Shown piece by piece: positions 1 through 11,684 of a DNA stretch of 64,000 nucleotides (position 1 is its first letter; the number at the start of each line of letters is the position of its first letter). This stretch comes from a bacterium. GTDB lineage: Bacteria; UBA8248. A program made the translations under genes and the position numbers. The stretch is taken from NCBI GenBank assembly GCA_965199855.1, contig OZ241326.1, forward strand, positions 2,176,001 through 2,240,000, given 5' to 3'. Below the pieces are notes generated by a model. The model was not told where the DNA came from. It saw only the letters and a list, made by a program, of their open reading frames with translations, and did not search any database.

Positions 1-100
1 AGTGGCGGAATTATCTCAGGACGGAGGGGAAAATTCTCTGGTTCGGCGTGGGGGGGCTTCTGCTCGCCCTGCTCTACCTGAGCCTGAAAAGCTGAATTTT

Positions 101-1210
101 TCACCGCTCAAAAAAGCGAATCACCGCCTCCGCCGCGAAATCAAGAGCGTCCTCCGTCAATTCGGGATAAACGGGCAGCGACAGAACCTCCCGCGCCGCC
201 GCCTCGCTCTCGGGAAAATCCCCCTCCCCGCGTCCCTCGAAGCAGGGATGCAGGTGCAGGGGCGAGGCGTAATACACGCCGCACCCGACGCCGCTTCGCG
301 CCAGATGCTCCCGCAGCGCGTCCCGTTCGGGGGCGCGAACCGCGTATTGGTGGAATACGTGCCCCTCCTCGGGAATCGACGGCGGCGTGAGGCGCTCCCC
401 GAGGACGCCGGCGGCCTCGAAACGCGCCTGGTATTTCACGGCGTTCCCGCGTCTTTTGGCGTTCCACTCCTCCAGCCGCCCCAGTTTGACGGACAGGACG
501 GCCGCCTGCACCGTGTCCATCCTGAAGTTCCCGCCCACCTCGAAATAAGCGGAATTGTCCGGCGAGCCGTGAATTCGGAGCGCGCGGACGCGAGCGGCGA
601 GCGCGTCGTCCTTCGCCAGAATCATGCCGGCGTCCCCGAGCGCGCTCAGGTTCTTGGTGGGATAGAACGACAGGCAGCCCGCGTCCCCCATCGCCCCGGC
701 CGCGCCCGCGCCCGTCCGGGAGCCTACGGCCTGGGCGGCGTCCTCCACCACGAAGAGGCCGCGGCGTCCGGCGACTTCGAGAATCTCCGCCATCGGCGCG
801 CAGCGGCCATACATGTGAACGGGAATGACGCCCCTCGTCCTCGGCGTGACGGCCTCCTCCACCCGCCCGGGCGCCAGGTTGAACGTGTCGGGGTCGATGT
901 CCGCGAATACGGGCTTCGCGCCCAGGCGATGGACGACGCCCGCCGTGGCGAAGAAGGTGAACGCCGGGACGATGACCTCGTCCCCGCGCCCCACGCCGCG
1001 CGCCATCAGCGCGAGCAGCAGGGCGTCCGTGCCCGAGGAGACGGCGACCGCGTGGGCCGCGCCGCAATACGCCGCCATCTCCGACTCGAAGGCGCCGATC
1101 TCCTCGCCCATGACGAACCGCTGATGGTCCATCACCCCTTCAATCGCCGCCAGCATCTCCGCCTTGAGCGGCGCGTTCTGGGCTTCGAGATCGTAAAGAG
1201 GGACGCGCAT
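101..1210 (-). CDS. DegT/DnrJ/EryC1/StrS family PLP-dependent sugar aminotransferase
   Basis: 369 aa; motifs SSGTDAL, VIPVHMYG, EDAAQA, SFYPTKNL (PLP lysine). Confidence 0.93.
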   Translation of the reverse strand: MRVPLYDLEAQNAPLKAEMLAAIEGVMDHQRFVMGEEIGAFESEMAAYCGAAHAVAVSSGTDALLLALMARGVGRGDEVIVPAFTFFATAGVVHRLGAKPVFADIDPDTFNLAPGRVEEAVTPRTRGVIPVHMYGRCAPMAEILEVAGRRGLFVVEDAAQAVGSRTGAGAAGAMGDAGCLSFYPTKNLSALGDAGMILAKDDALAARVRALRIHGSPDNSAYFEVGGNFRMDTVQAAVLSVKLGRLEEWNAKRRGNAVKYQARFEAAGVLGERLTPPSIPEEGHVFHQYAVRAPERDALREHLARSGVGCGVYYASPLHLHPCFEGRGEGDFPESEAAAREVLSLPVYPELTEDALDFAAEAVIRFFER

Positions 1211-1259
1211 GGACGCTTTTTCCAGTTTTATCGAGGATTCCCGGCGGCGGCGCTCAAGT

Positions 1260-1346
1260 TGGTGCCGGAGGCCGGACTCGAACCGGCAAGGGGTCGCCCC
1301 CGGTGGATTTTGAGTCCACTGCGTCTACCAATTCCGCCACTCCGGC
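1260..1346 (-). tRNA. tRNA-Leu (anticodon CAA)
   Basis: Minus strand GCCGGAGTGGCGGAATTGGTAGACGCA-GTGGA CTCAAAA TCCAC-long variable arm-GCCGGTTCGAGTCCGGC-CTCCGGCACCA; encoded CCA end. Confidence 0.97.
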
Positions 1347-1409
1347 AGAAAGAGCGTTCAGCCCAGCCCCTCCCCGCGCGCCCCGGCAAACCGCGCCCGG
1401 GGCCGGGCC

Positions 1410-1646
1410 TCATCCGTCGTATTCCGCCCAGCTCGAGGGCGACGCCTCCTGCGCCTCCACCCGCCAGGAAACGGAATCCTCGCAGGCGGGGCACAGGACG
1501 ATGAAGCGGCCCTCCAGCTCCTCCTCCATCTCGTCCCGGAACACCTTGAGGCAGTTGCGGCAGTGCACCCGCCCGCAGGCGAGGCATGAATCCGGCCGCG
1601 CGTGCCGAAAGCGCAGGCCGCACGAGGGGCACTCGTTCGTCTCCAC
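1410..1646 (-). CDS. Small 8-cysteine zinc-finger protein (FYVE-like spacing)
   Basis: 78 aa with four CxxC pairs; GGAGGAGG ribosome-binding site before the GTG start. Confidence 0.7.
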   Translation of the reverse strand: METNECPSCGLRFRHARPDSCLACGRVHCRNCLKVFRDEMEEELEGRFIVLCPACEDSVSWRVEAQEASPSSWAEYDG

Positions 1647-1773
1647 GTCTTCGCCTCCTCCCGACCGCCGCCCGGACGCGCGCGCATGGCGGCGCGCCGC
1701 GGCATCTGCTAGATTCCCGTGAAGCCCGGCGCCGTCAGACTTCTCTCACCCCTTCGCCAAGGACGGAGACGCC

Positions 1774-2547
1774 ATGATCATCGACACCGACCGCCTGGAC
1801 GAATGCGACCTCATCGACCTGAGCCATCCCTGGGGCCACGGCGCGCCCCTGTGGCCCTATTTTCCCGACCTCAAAATCGAAAGGTTCCACTACCACGCCA
1901 AGAGCCAGGTGCTGAGCCAGCAGATCACCACCTTCATGCACTGCACCACCCACACCGACGCGCCGGCCCACGTCATCGAGGGCGCGCCGTTCATGGACGA
2001 GGTGCCGCTCCGAAGCTATTTCGGCAGCGCCGTCTGCGTGGACATCCCCAAGGAGGAGTGGGAGGTCATCACGCCGGAGGACCTCGAAAGCGCGCGGCCC
2101 GAGATACGGCCGGGCGACATCGTCCTCGTCCACACCGGATGGCACCACCACTACGGCGACAGCGCGAAATACTTCATCTACTCCCCCGGCCTCTACCGGG
2201 AGGCGGGCGAGTGGTTCGTGGAGCGCGGCGTGAAGGGCGTGGGCGTGGATCAGCAGGCGCTCGACCATCCCCTGGGCACGAAAATCGCCTGGGGCGCCGC
2301 GCCGATATGCCCGTTCACCCTCGATGAATACCAAGAGCGCTTCGGCCGCCCCGTGAGCGAGGACTTCCCCGACTGGGAGCCCTGCCACCGCGCGCTTCTC
2401 GGCAACGGAATCGTCGGCTTCGAGAACGTGGGAGGAGACATCGACAGGGTCGTGGGCAGACGATTCGTGCTGGCCGCCTTCCCCTGGCGCTGGACGGGCG
2501 GCGACGGCTGCATCGTGCGGATGGTGGCGTTTCTGCCCAAAGACTAG
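1774..2547 (+). CDS. Cyclase family protein (kynurenine formamidase-like metal hydrolase)
   Basis: IDLSHP N-terminus, HCTTHTDAPAH metal motif, GDIVLVHTGW, C-terminal ENV; GGAG RBS. Confidence 0.9.
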   Translation: MIIDTDRLDECDLIDLSHPWGHGAPLWPYFPDLKIERFHYHAKSQVLSQQITTFMHCTTHTDAPAHVIEGAPFMDEVPLRSYFGSAVCVDIPKEEWEVITPEDLESARPEIRPGDIVLVHTGWHHHYGDSAKYFIYSPGLYREAGEWFVERGVKGVGVDQQALDHPLGTKIAWGAAPICPFTLDEYQERFGRPVSEDFPDWEPCHRALLGNGIVGFENVGGDIDRVVGRRFVLAAFPWRWTGGDGCIVRMVAFLPKD

Positions 2548-2885
2548 CCGGCCGCCACCGGCTTCGATTCTTTCTTCGCGCTCTCCGGGGAGGACGCGCC
2601 GTTTTTGGCCGCCGCCTCTTTCCTGTCGGCCTTGTCGGCGGATTTCGGCTCCGGCTTCGTCTCGGAAGCCGCGCCCTCCGAATCCGTCTCCTTGTCCTTG
2701 CCGTTCGAGGCGTAGTCGGTCACATACCAGCCAGCCCCCTTCAGGTGAAAGGCGGAGCGGGAGATTTTGCGCCGCAGCCTGAGCGCGCCGCAGCCCGGGC
2801 ACTTCCGCAGGGCGCCGGCCCCCATCCGCTGGATAATCTCGTGCTCCTCTCCGCACGCCCCGCATTCATACTCGTAAATCGGCAC
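2544..2885 (-). CDS. FmdB family zinc-ribbon protein
   Basis: GTG start; PIYEYECGACG...CPGCG...FHLKGAGWYVTDY followed by a low-complexity tail; C-terminal part of the 2544..3542 ORF. Confidence 0.88.
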   Translation of the reverse strand: MPIYEYECGACGEEHEIIQRMGAGALRKCPGCGALRLRRKISRSAFHLKGAGWYVTDYASNGKDKETDSEGAASETKPEPKSADKADRKEAAAKNGASSPESAKKESKPVAAG

Positions 2886-2905
2886 TTCCCGCTTCTCCTT
2901 CTTTT

Positions 2906-3820
2906 TCAGACGAACGTAAGCCAGTCGAGTTTGCTCTCGTCGCGTCCGTTCACGACCTCGAAAAAGGCGGCCTGGATTCTCTTCGTCACCGGCCCCGGCT
3001 CCCCCGCGCCGATGGTTCTGCCGTCCACTTCCCGAATCGGCGTCACCTCGGCCGCCGTGCCGGTGAAGAAGGCCTCGTCCGCCACGTAGACCTCGTCGCG
3101 GGCGAAGGGGGCGACCCGCACCTCCAGACCCTGCTCGTCGGCGAGCCGCATGACGGTCTCGCGCGTGATGCCGTCCAGCACCCCGTGCAGGGGCGGCGTC
3201 TTCAGCGCGCCGTCCCGGACGATGAAGAGGTTCTCGCCCGAGCCCTGCGTCACCAGCCCCTCCGGGTCGAGCATGAGCGCCTCGTCGTAGCCCGAGGCCA
3301 CGGATTCGAGCTTCGCCATCTGGCTGACGGCGTAGTTTCCCGTCGTCTTCGCCTTCGTCATGTAGCTGTTCGGGTGGTGGGAGGTGAAGGAGGAGACCTT
3401 GACGCGGATGCCCTTCGCCAGGCCCTCCTCGCCCAGATACGCCCCCCACGTCCAGACCGCGACCATCGCGTGGGTGGGCGCCCCCTTCGGGTTCACCCCC
3501 ATGGAGCCGTAGCCGACCCAGATGAGCGGACGGACGTAGCACGCCTCCACCTTGTTGACCCGTATCGTCTCGATCAGCGCCTCGGTGAATTCCTCCCGCG
3601 CCACGGGCGCGTTCAGGCCCGTGATGCGAACGGAGTCATACAGCCTCCGCATGTGCTCCTCCAGGCGGAAAACGGCGGAGCCGCGCTCGGTCCGGTAGCA
3701 GCGAATCCCCTCGAACACCCCCAGCCCGTAGTGCAGCGTATGCGTGAGGACGTGAATTTTCGCCTCGCCCCAGGGGACGAATTCTCCGTCCATCCATATT
3801 TTGTCCGTCGCGCCTTCCAA
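2906..3820 (-). CDS. ilvE: Branched-chain amino acid aminotransferase
   Basis: KIWMDGEFV, LHYGLGVFEGIRCY, LDGITRETV, EAFFTGTAAEVTPIREVD; TTG start at 3820 behind AGGAGG. Confidence 0.95.
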   Translation of the reverse strand: MEGATDKIWMDGEFVPWGEAKIHVLTHTLHYGLGVFEGIRCYRTERGSAVFRLEEHMRRLYDSVRITGLNAPVAREEFTEALIETIRVNKVEACYVRPLIWVGYGSMGVNPKGAPTHAMVAVWTWGAYLGEEGLAKGIRVKVSSFTSHHPNSYMTKAKTTGNYAVSQMAKLESVASGYDEALMLDPEGLVTQGSGENLFIVRDGALKTPPLHGVLDGITRETVMRLADEQGLEVRVAPFARDEVYVADEAFFTGTAAEVTPIREVDGRTIGAGEPGPVTKRIQAAFFEVVNGRDESKLDWLTFV

Positions 3821-3877
3821 AAAACTTCCTCCTGAAGCGTGGGGGCCGCAAGGGTCAAGACCGCGGGCAGTCGGGCA

Positions 3878-3907
3878 AGTATAATGACCCCGCGCGGAGG
3901 GGCGCAA
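3878..3907 (-). promoter_or_regulatory. Putative sigma70 promoter for ilvE
   Basis: Minus strand TTGCGC-18 nt-TATACT about 60 nt upstream of the start. Confidence 0.5.
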
Positions 3908-3942
3908 GCCTCCGTGAGCAATAAATCACGCGGCGCGCGCGG

Positions 3943-4947
3943 TCAAGGCCGCGGCGCATACGCCTCCGGATTGAGCAGCACCGCGGGATTCACGCGCTCG
4001 CCCCGCAGCGCGGCCAGCACGCTTTCGCCGGCCAGCCGGTTCACCCGCTCGCGCGCCTGGCGGGTCGCTCCGGCCAGGTGGGGCGTCACCACGGCGTTGG
4101 GCAGGCTGAAGAGCGGATTGTCCGCGCCCGGGGGCTCCTCCTCGAAGACGTCGAGGCCCGCCGAGGCGATTTCCCCCTCCCTGAGCGCGCCGACCAGCGC
4201 CGCCTCGTCGATGATCGCCCCGCGCGCGCAGTTCACGATGACCGCCGACTTCTTCATCATCCGAAAGCGGCGGGCGTCGAACATCCGGCGGGTCGCGGGC
4301 GTCAGGCTGCAGTGAATCGAGATGAAGTCGGACTCGCGCGTCAGCGCGTCCAGGCCCGCCGGCTCCGCCCCGGCCGCGCGCACCGCCTCGCCGCTCACGA
4401 AGGCGTCATGCGCCAGGACGCGGCCCCGAAAGCCGGACAGGAGCCTCGTCATCTCTCGCCCGATGTTCCCGAAGCCGACGACGCCGAACGTAGCCCCGCT
4501 CATCTCGCCGGCGATCCAGATGCCGTCACGCCAGCCCCCGCCGCGCAGCTTCTCCATCCCCTGGGGAATCCGGCGGCTCGCGGCCAGCATCAGCCCCAGG
4601 GCGGCCTCCGCCACGGCGACGGCGTTGGCGCCCGGGCAGTTCGCAACCGGAATCCCGCGCCTCGTCGCCGCGGGAATGTCGATGTTCTCCACGCCCACGC
4701 CGATTTTGGCGATGATCCTGAGGCGCGCCGCCGCCTCGATGACCCGCTCCGTGACCTGCTCTCTCGACGTCACCAAGAGGGCGTCCCACTCGTGGGCGTC
4801 GCGCGTCAGCTCCTCCTCCGACCATTTGCGGGAGCCGCCCGTGCGGAATTCGCCGCGCGGCACCAGCATGTCCCGCAGGGATTCGATGGGATCGCGCGCC
4901 TCGGGGACGAAAAAAACGGGCTTCCGGCTCAAGGCCTCCTCCTTCAT
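3943..4947 (-). CDS. D-isomer-specific 2-hydroxyacid dehydrogenase (SerA-like catalytic core)
   Basis: GVVGFGNIG, VNCARGAIIDE, AGLDVFEEEP, VTPHLAG. Confidence 0.92.
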   Translation of the reverse strand: MKEEALSRKPVFFVPEARDPIESLRDMLVPRGEFRTGGSRKWSEEELTRDAHEWDALLVTSREQVTERVIEAAARLRIIAKIGVGVENIDIPAATRRGIPVANCPGANAVAVAEAALGLMLAASRRIPQGMEKLRGGGWRDGIWIAGEMSGATFGVVGFGNIGREMTRLLSGFRGRVLAHDAFVSGEAVRAAGAEPAGLDALTRESDFISIHCSLTPATRRMFDARRFRMMKKSAVIVNCARGAIIDEAALVGALREGEIASAGLDVFEEEPPGADNPLFSLPNAVVTPHLAGATRQARERVNRLAGESVLAALRGERVNPAVLLNPEAYAPRP

Positions 4948-4968
4948 CCGGGGCGCGCGCCGCGAGGA

Positions 4969-5766
4969 CTAGGTGCCGACGACCAGCGTGGCTTCGCGGC
5001 TTCTCAAAAAGGCGAAAGCGGAGAGATAGGTCAGCAGGCCCGTCCGGTGGTTCTCCGAGGGCACGTTTTCGATGCGGATGAAGGAGCGTCCGAATTCCCC
5101 CACCGCCTCGACCTCGTGGACGTTGCGGTCGGCGCCGGGGTCGCACAGAATCCGCATCTTCGTCCTGCGCGGCCCGATGCCCGCGAAGCTCACCGCGGCC
5201 GAGACGTTCACGTTCGCCGGAAACGCCCGGCACGCCTCCAGGGGATTTCCCTCGAAAATCACCGTCGGCTCGGCGATGGCGTCGAGGTCGATGCCCCGCT
5301 CCTCGACGTAGGGCGCCCCCCGCAGGCTCGCGGGCGGCTTCCGGGTCGTCATGGTGACGGATTCCATCCTGCCGGCCGAGGCGCCCTTCAGTCCGTCCAG
5401 ACCGATGATGGCGCCCGAGGGGATGAAGATGCGCGAGCCGCTCCGCCTCGCCTCCTCTATCAGGTCCTCTCGTTCGAGAAGCGCGCCGACGGAGTTGAGG
5501 ATCACGTCCTTTCCCCGGGAGAAGCAGGCGCGGCAAATCGCCTCCACCGTCTCCCCGCCCGAGGCCTCCATGACGGCGTCCGCCCCCTCGGCCACGCCCG
5601 CCAGATTCGTCATCCGGGGCGGATTCTTCAGACTCGCCAGAAAGTCCCCGGCCTTCTCCGGCGCGCGCGCCGCCGCGACCGGGACGTCCACGGGAATCCT
5701 CCCCTCGTCCGCCGCCCGCGCCACGGCCCTGCCGATGACGCCCAGCCCCACGACGCCCAGCTTCAT
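4969..5766 (-). CDS. nadX: L-aspartate dehydrogenase family protein
   Basis: GVVGLGVIG, SVGAL, PSGAIIGLDGL, TRKPP, FPANVNVSAA. Confidence 0.88.
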   Translation of the reverse strand: MKLGVVGLGVIGRAVARAADEGRIPVDVPVAAARAPEKAGDFLASLKNPPRMTNLAGVAEGADAVMEASGGETVEAICRACFSRGKDVILNSVGALLEREDLIEEARRSGSRIFIPSGAIIGLDGLKGASAGRMESVTMTTRKPPASLRGAPYVEERGIDLDAIAEPTVIFEGNPLEACRAFPANVNVSAAVSFAGIGPRRTKMRILCDPGADRNVHEVEAVGEFGRSFIRIENVPSENHRTGLLTYLSAFAFLRSREATLVVGT

Positions 5767-5829
5767 GCAGTCCTCCGGGAAGAAGCATTCATCGTTTCCG
5801 CGCCGCCGCGCGAGGCGCTCTCAAGGGCC

Positions 5830-6912
5830 TCAGCCGCTCTCGCCGACGCGGCTTCCCAGGCTCAGGCGCCAGTGATCCGCCAGGACGAGCGCCATCATCG
5901 CCTCGCCGACGGGCGCGGCGCGCGTCGCCACGCACGGGTCGTGCCTTCCTTCCACCCTCACGCTCGTCCTCTCTCCCGCCGTCGTCACCGTGTCCTGCTC
6001 GATGAGAATGGAGGAGGTCGGCTTCACCGCGAAGCGAACCACAATGGGCGCGCCCGTGGAGATTCCGCCCAGAATCCCGCCCGCGTTGTTCGTCCGCGGC
6101 TTCGTCCCGCCCTCCCGCGCCTCGAACGGATCGTTGTGCTCGGAGCCCCTCATGCCCGCCGCGCGGAAGCCGGAGCCGATTTCCACCCCCTTCACCGCGT
6201 TGACGCTCATCATCGCCGCCGCGAGGTCCGCGTCGAGGCGCCCGTAGAGCGGCTCTCCCCAGCCGGCGGGAACGCCCTCGGCGCGAACCGTGATGGCGCC
6301 GCCCAGCGAGTCGCCCGCCTTCCGCGCCTCGAGGATGGCCGCCTCCATCCGCGCCGCCGTCTCCGCGTCGGGGCAGCGAACGACGTTCCGCTCAATCTCC
6401 TCCGCGTCGAGGCGCCCGCCCTCCCAGCGCGCCGGCCCCACCTGATGAACGTAGCCCAGAATCGAGACGCCGAGGCGGGCGAGGAGCTTTCTCGCTATCG
6501 CCCCCGCCGCGACGCGCGCCGCCGTCTCGCGCGCGCTGGAGCGCCCGCCGCCCCGATGATCCCGGATTCCCCATTTCGCCATGTAGGTGAAGTCCGCGTG
6601 CCCCGGGCGGAACAGGCCGCGCAGGGGCTCGTATTTGCTCGAATCCGCGTCCTTGTTGCGGATGAGCAGCGAGACGGGATGCCCCGTCGTCCGGCCCTCG
6701 AAGACGCCGGAGAGAATCTCCGCCCGATCCTCCTCCCTGCGCTGGGTCGTCACCCGGCTCTGCCCCGGCCGCCTGCGATCCAGGTCGCGCTGGAGGTCGG
6801 ATTCGTCGAGTTCGAGGCCCGCCGGGCAGCCGTCCACCACGACGCCCAGGGCGGGGCCGTGGGACTCCCCCCAGGTGGTGAAGCGGAACAGGCGGCCAAA
6901 GGTGTTCGACAC
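5830..6912 (-). CDS. aroC: Chorismate synthase
   Basis: [41 protein letters not shown]. Confidence 0.97.
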   Translation of the reverse strand: MSNTFGRLFRFTTWGESHGPALGVVVDGCPAGLELDESDLQRDLDRRRPGQSRVTTQRREEDRAEILSGVFEGRTTGHPVSLLIRNKDADSSKYEPLRGLFRPGHADFTYMAKWGIRDHRGGGRSSARETAARVAAGAIARKLLARLGVSILGYVHQVGPARWEGGRLDAEEIERNVVRCPDAETAARMEAAILEARKAGDSLGGAITVRAEGVPAGWGEPLYGRLDADLAAAMMSVNAVKGVEIGSGFRAAGMRGSEHNDPFEAREGGTKPRTNNAGGILGGISTGAPIVVRFAVKPTSSILIEQDTVTTAGERTSVRVEGRHDPCVATRAAPVGEAMMALVLADHWRLSLGSRVGESG

Positions 6913-6923
6913 GACTTTCCTCT

Positions 6924-7463
6924 CTATTCTCCCGGAGCCGGCCGCGCCGCGCGCATTCTGGCGAAAATCTCCCCGGCGACCTCCTCCGGGGCGCGCGCGT
7001 TCTCCACGATGAAGTCCGCGAGCGCTTCGTATCGCGGCGCGCGCTCCTCGAAAAGCAGGCGAAGGGCGGCCTCGGGGTCCGCCGCGCCCGCGAGATAGGC
7101 GGGCCAGCCCCCGGCGCGCGCCCTCTCGATGATAGCATCCGCCGGCGCGCGAAGATAAACCACGCGGAAGGCGGCGAGCAGGGAGGCGGCCTCCGGCGCC
7201 ATGGGCGTGCCGCCGCCCAGGGCGAGCACGAGGTTCGCCCGCCCGCTCCGCTCGCGCAACAGATCGCCCTCCATCGCCCGGAAGAACGCCTCCCCCTCTT
7301 TTTCAAAAATTTTCCGAAACCCGAGGCGCGCGCCCGTTTTCCCGAAATACGCGCGCTCGATGAGATGATCGAGGTCCTCGAAGGAAAACCCCATCCTTCG
7401 GGCGAGCAGGGGCCCGATGGTCGATTTCCCGCATCCCTTGAAGCCGATGAGCGCGACGCTCAA
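6924..7463 (-). CDS. aroK: Shikimate kinase
   Basis: [14 protein letters not shown]-loop, [24 protein letters not shown]; directly upstream of aroC. Confidence 0.92.
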   Translation of the reverse strand: MSVALIGFKGCGKSTIGPLLARRMGFSFEDLDHLIERAYFGKTGARLGFRKIFEKEGEAFFRAMEGDLLRERSGRANLVLALGGGTPMAPEAASLLAAFRVVYLRAPADAIIERARAGGWPAYLAGAADPEAALRLLFEERAPRYEALADFIVENARAPEEVAGEIFARMRAARPAPGE

Positions 7464-8449
7464 GGGGCGTCCTCCACGGAAAGCCGGCGGCCCAGGTAGC
7501 GGGACGCCTCCTCATGCGCGCGCGCCAGCAGGGCTTCGGCGTCCATCTCCCCCGCGCGAAGCCAGCGCGCGCCCTCCACCCCGCGAAACCACGCGCGCTG
7601 CCGCTTCGCGTAGCCGCGGTGCAGGCGGGAGATTTCCCGAACCGCCTCCTCCTCGTCAATCTCTCCCCGGCGCAGCGCGAGCGCCGTCTGAAACCCCAGC
7701 CCCTCGAACACCCGGGCGTTCGTGAGGCTCATCCGCGCCAGCGCCTCCACCTCCGTCAGCATCCCCCCGCGAAGCATCCGCCGCACCCTGCGCTCGATTC
7801 TCCCGGCGAGGACGCGCGGGGGATAGTCAAGGCCGATGTAGAGCGGCGAGGCGAACCGGGGCGCCTTCTGCTCGGCGCGCAGCCGCGAGATCGAGCGCCC
7901 CGTCGCCTCGCGCACCTCGAGGGCGCGAACCACCCGCCGGAGGTCGTTGGGGTGGAGCTTTCCGGCCGTTTCGGGGTCAACGGCGGCCAGGCGCGCGTGC
8001 ACCGCCTCGCGCCCCCGCTCGGCCGCCTCCGCCTCCAGCCGCTCCCTGATCTCCGGCCGGGCTTCGGGGCCCTCGAAAAGGCCCTCCGCCAGGGCGCGGA
8101 CATACAGGCCGCTGCCGCCCACCACGAGAGGCTGCGCGCCCCGGCGGTAGATGCACTCGATTCGGACGAGCGCCTCCTTCGCGTAGCGCGCGGCGCTGTA
8201 TGCCTCCCCCGGCTCCGCGACCTCGATCATGTGGTTCGGCGCGCCCCCGCGCTCGCCCTCGTCGGGGCCGGCGGCGGCCACGCGGACGCCCCGGTAGATC
8301 TGCCTGGCGTCGGCGCCCACGATTTCGAGAGAAACCCCCTCCTCCCGGAAGCGCCGGGCGAGCGCGGCGCCCAGGGACGTCTTGCCCGAACAGGTGGCGC
8401 CCACGATGAGGATGAGGGGGCGCGAATCGCCCGAATCCTCCCGGCTCAT
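7460..8449 (-). CDS. miaA: tRNA dimethylallyltransferase
   Basis: GATCSGKT, DARQIYRG, VVGGSGLYV, HPNDLRRVVRALEV, YAKRQRAWF. Confidence 0.95.
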   Translation of the reverse strand: MSREDSGDSRPLILIVGATCSGKTSLGAALARRFREEGVSLEIVGADARQIYRGVRVAAAGPDEGERGGAPNHMIEVAEPGEAYSAARYAKEALVRIECIYRRGAQPLVVGGSGLYVRALAEGLFEGPEARPEIRERLEAEAAERGREAVHARLAAVDPETAGKLHPNDLRRVVRALEVREATGRSISRLRAEQKAPRFASPLYIGLDYPPRVLAGRIERRVRRMLRGGMLTEVEALARMSLTNARVFEGLGFQTALALRRGEIDEEEAVREISRLHRGYAKRQRAWFRGVEGARWLRAGEMDAEALLARAHEEASRYLGRRLSVEDAP

Positions 8450-8486
8450 GGCTTTGAGGCGTCGGCGAGGGCGGCGCGCGTCGGCG

Positions 8487-9014
8487 TCAAAGCGCTTCGA
8501 GGGCGGCCTGAAACGCGGCCAGGTCCGCCTCCGAGAACAGCGCGAACTCGATGCGCTCGACAGTCCCCTCCCCCGCCCGCAAATGCGCCGCGCAGGCTCC
8601 CAGCATCCGGGCGGCCGCCGTCTCCGCGTCCAGCCCGCCGACGCCCGTCCCGATGGCGGGAAACGCCACGCTCGAGAGCGCGCGCTCCTCGGCGGCCTCG
8701 AGGCTCGCCCGGGTGCACGCCTCCACGATTTCGGGCGAGGTTTCGAGGTCCTCCCCCATTCCCGCCGCGTGAATCACCCATCGGGCGGGGAGCGCGCCGC
8801 CGCCGGTGACGACCGCGCTTCCCACCGGAATCGGCCCCTTCGACACCGCCTCGGCCTCTATCGCCTCCCCGCCCTTTTTCTTGATCGCCCCCGCCACGCC
8901 CGCGCCCATCCACAGGCGGCTGTTCGCCGCGTTCACGACGGCGTCCGTCCGGGATTCGGTGACGTCGCCCCGGCGAAGGATCACCCATCCTCGACCGACG
9001 CGCTTCTCATTCAT
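8487..9014 (-). CDS. Macro domain protein (ADP-ribose binding/hydrolase)
   Basis: GDVT, DAVVNAANSRLWMGAGVAGAI, VIHAAG, VAFPAIGTGVGG. Confidence 0.93.
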   Translation of the reverse strand: MNEKRVGRGWVILRRGDVTESRTDAVVNAANSRLWMGAGVAGAIKKKGGEAIEAEAVSKGPIPVGSAVVTGGGALPARWVIHAAGMGEDLETSPEIVEACTRASLEAAEERALSSVAFPAIGTGVGGLDAETAAARMLGACAAHLRAGEGTVERIEFALFSEADLAAFQAALEAL

Positions 9015-9077
9015 GGGGAAGGTTTCCGACGGGCGGGATTCGTTTCTCTGCGGGGGCGTCTGCGGCGCGGGAATCGA

Positions 9078-9461
9078 CTAGGTCCGGAAGAAGGGATCGC
9101 CCTCCGGGGAGCCCGCATACGCCTCGGAGTCGGCGGAGGCCGGAGCGCCGTCGCTCTCGAAGGCGAGCGGGTCGAACTGATCGACCATCTCCCTCAGCTC
9201 CTTGCCCGCCTTGAAGAAGGGCACCTTCTTCGAGGGAATCGCCACCGGCGCGCCCGTCCTGGGATTGCGTCCGGCGCGGCTGCTTCTCGAACGCGCGCGG
9301 AAGCTCCCGAATCCGCGCAGCTCCACCTTGTCGCCCTCCGCCAGAGAACTCATGATGCTCCCGAACACGATGTTCACCACGCGCTCCGTGTCTTTTTTCG
9401 TGAGGTTGATTTTATGGGCTATCCGCTCAACGAGCTCGGCCTTGGTCATCGGAATCATCAT
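9078..9461 (-). CDS. ihfB: Integration host factor beta / HU family DNA-binding protein
   Basis: MTKAELV, VELRGFGSF, GRNPRTG, VPFFKAGKELRE; follows rpsA; exact start among three Met uncertain. Confidence 0.88.
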   Translation of the reverse strand: MMIPMTKAELVERIAHKINLTKKDTERVVNIVFGSIMSSLAEGDKVELRGFGSFRARSRSSRAGRNPRTGAPVAIPSKKVPFFKAGKELREMVDQFDPLAFESDGAPASADSEAYAGSPEGDPFFRT

Positions 9462-9744
9462 CCTTCCCGCGAGAGCGATGGAAGCATCCTGCTTCGGGCT
9501 GCGACCTCCTTTCGGGCGGCTCGATGCGGCGATCCGCGCGGGCGAATCGCCTTAACGACTGACTTTGGCCTCCCCCACCCGGCCGGGGCCCCCGCCTCGC
9601 GCATCAGGAGCAATCATCCCAAAAACGTTTCTCGGAGCCGCGGCCCCCAAGTCGGCGCCGACCGGCCCGAAAAGCCCCACGCGAGGAGGCAAAGGCGCGG
9701 CGCCCCGGCCGCCCGCTCCCCGAAAATCACGCGCGCGGCGCGCT

Positions 9745-11547
<1,803 letters not shown>

Positions 11548-11684
11548 CTGTTCGCGCAGCCTCGCTTTGGGAAAAAGAGAATCGCCGCCGCGCGAGGGCG
11601 TCCGCCGCCCTTGCCGTCGTCGGCGCGAAATTGACGGAAAGAAGGCATCCTACACCGGCTCGGGGAGCGGGATCAACCCGCAAC

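Noticed and set aside
1-12. 12-nt match (AGTGGCGGAATT) to the 5' part of tRNA-Leu as an att site
   Set aside because: Short, inverted relative to the tRNA, not the 3' end typically duplicated, and truncated by the window edge.
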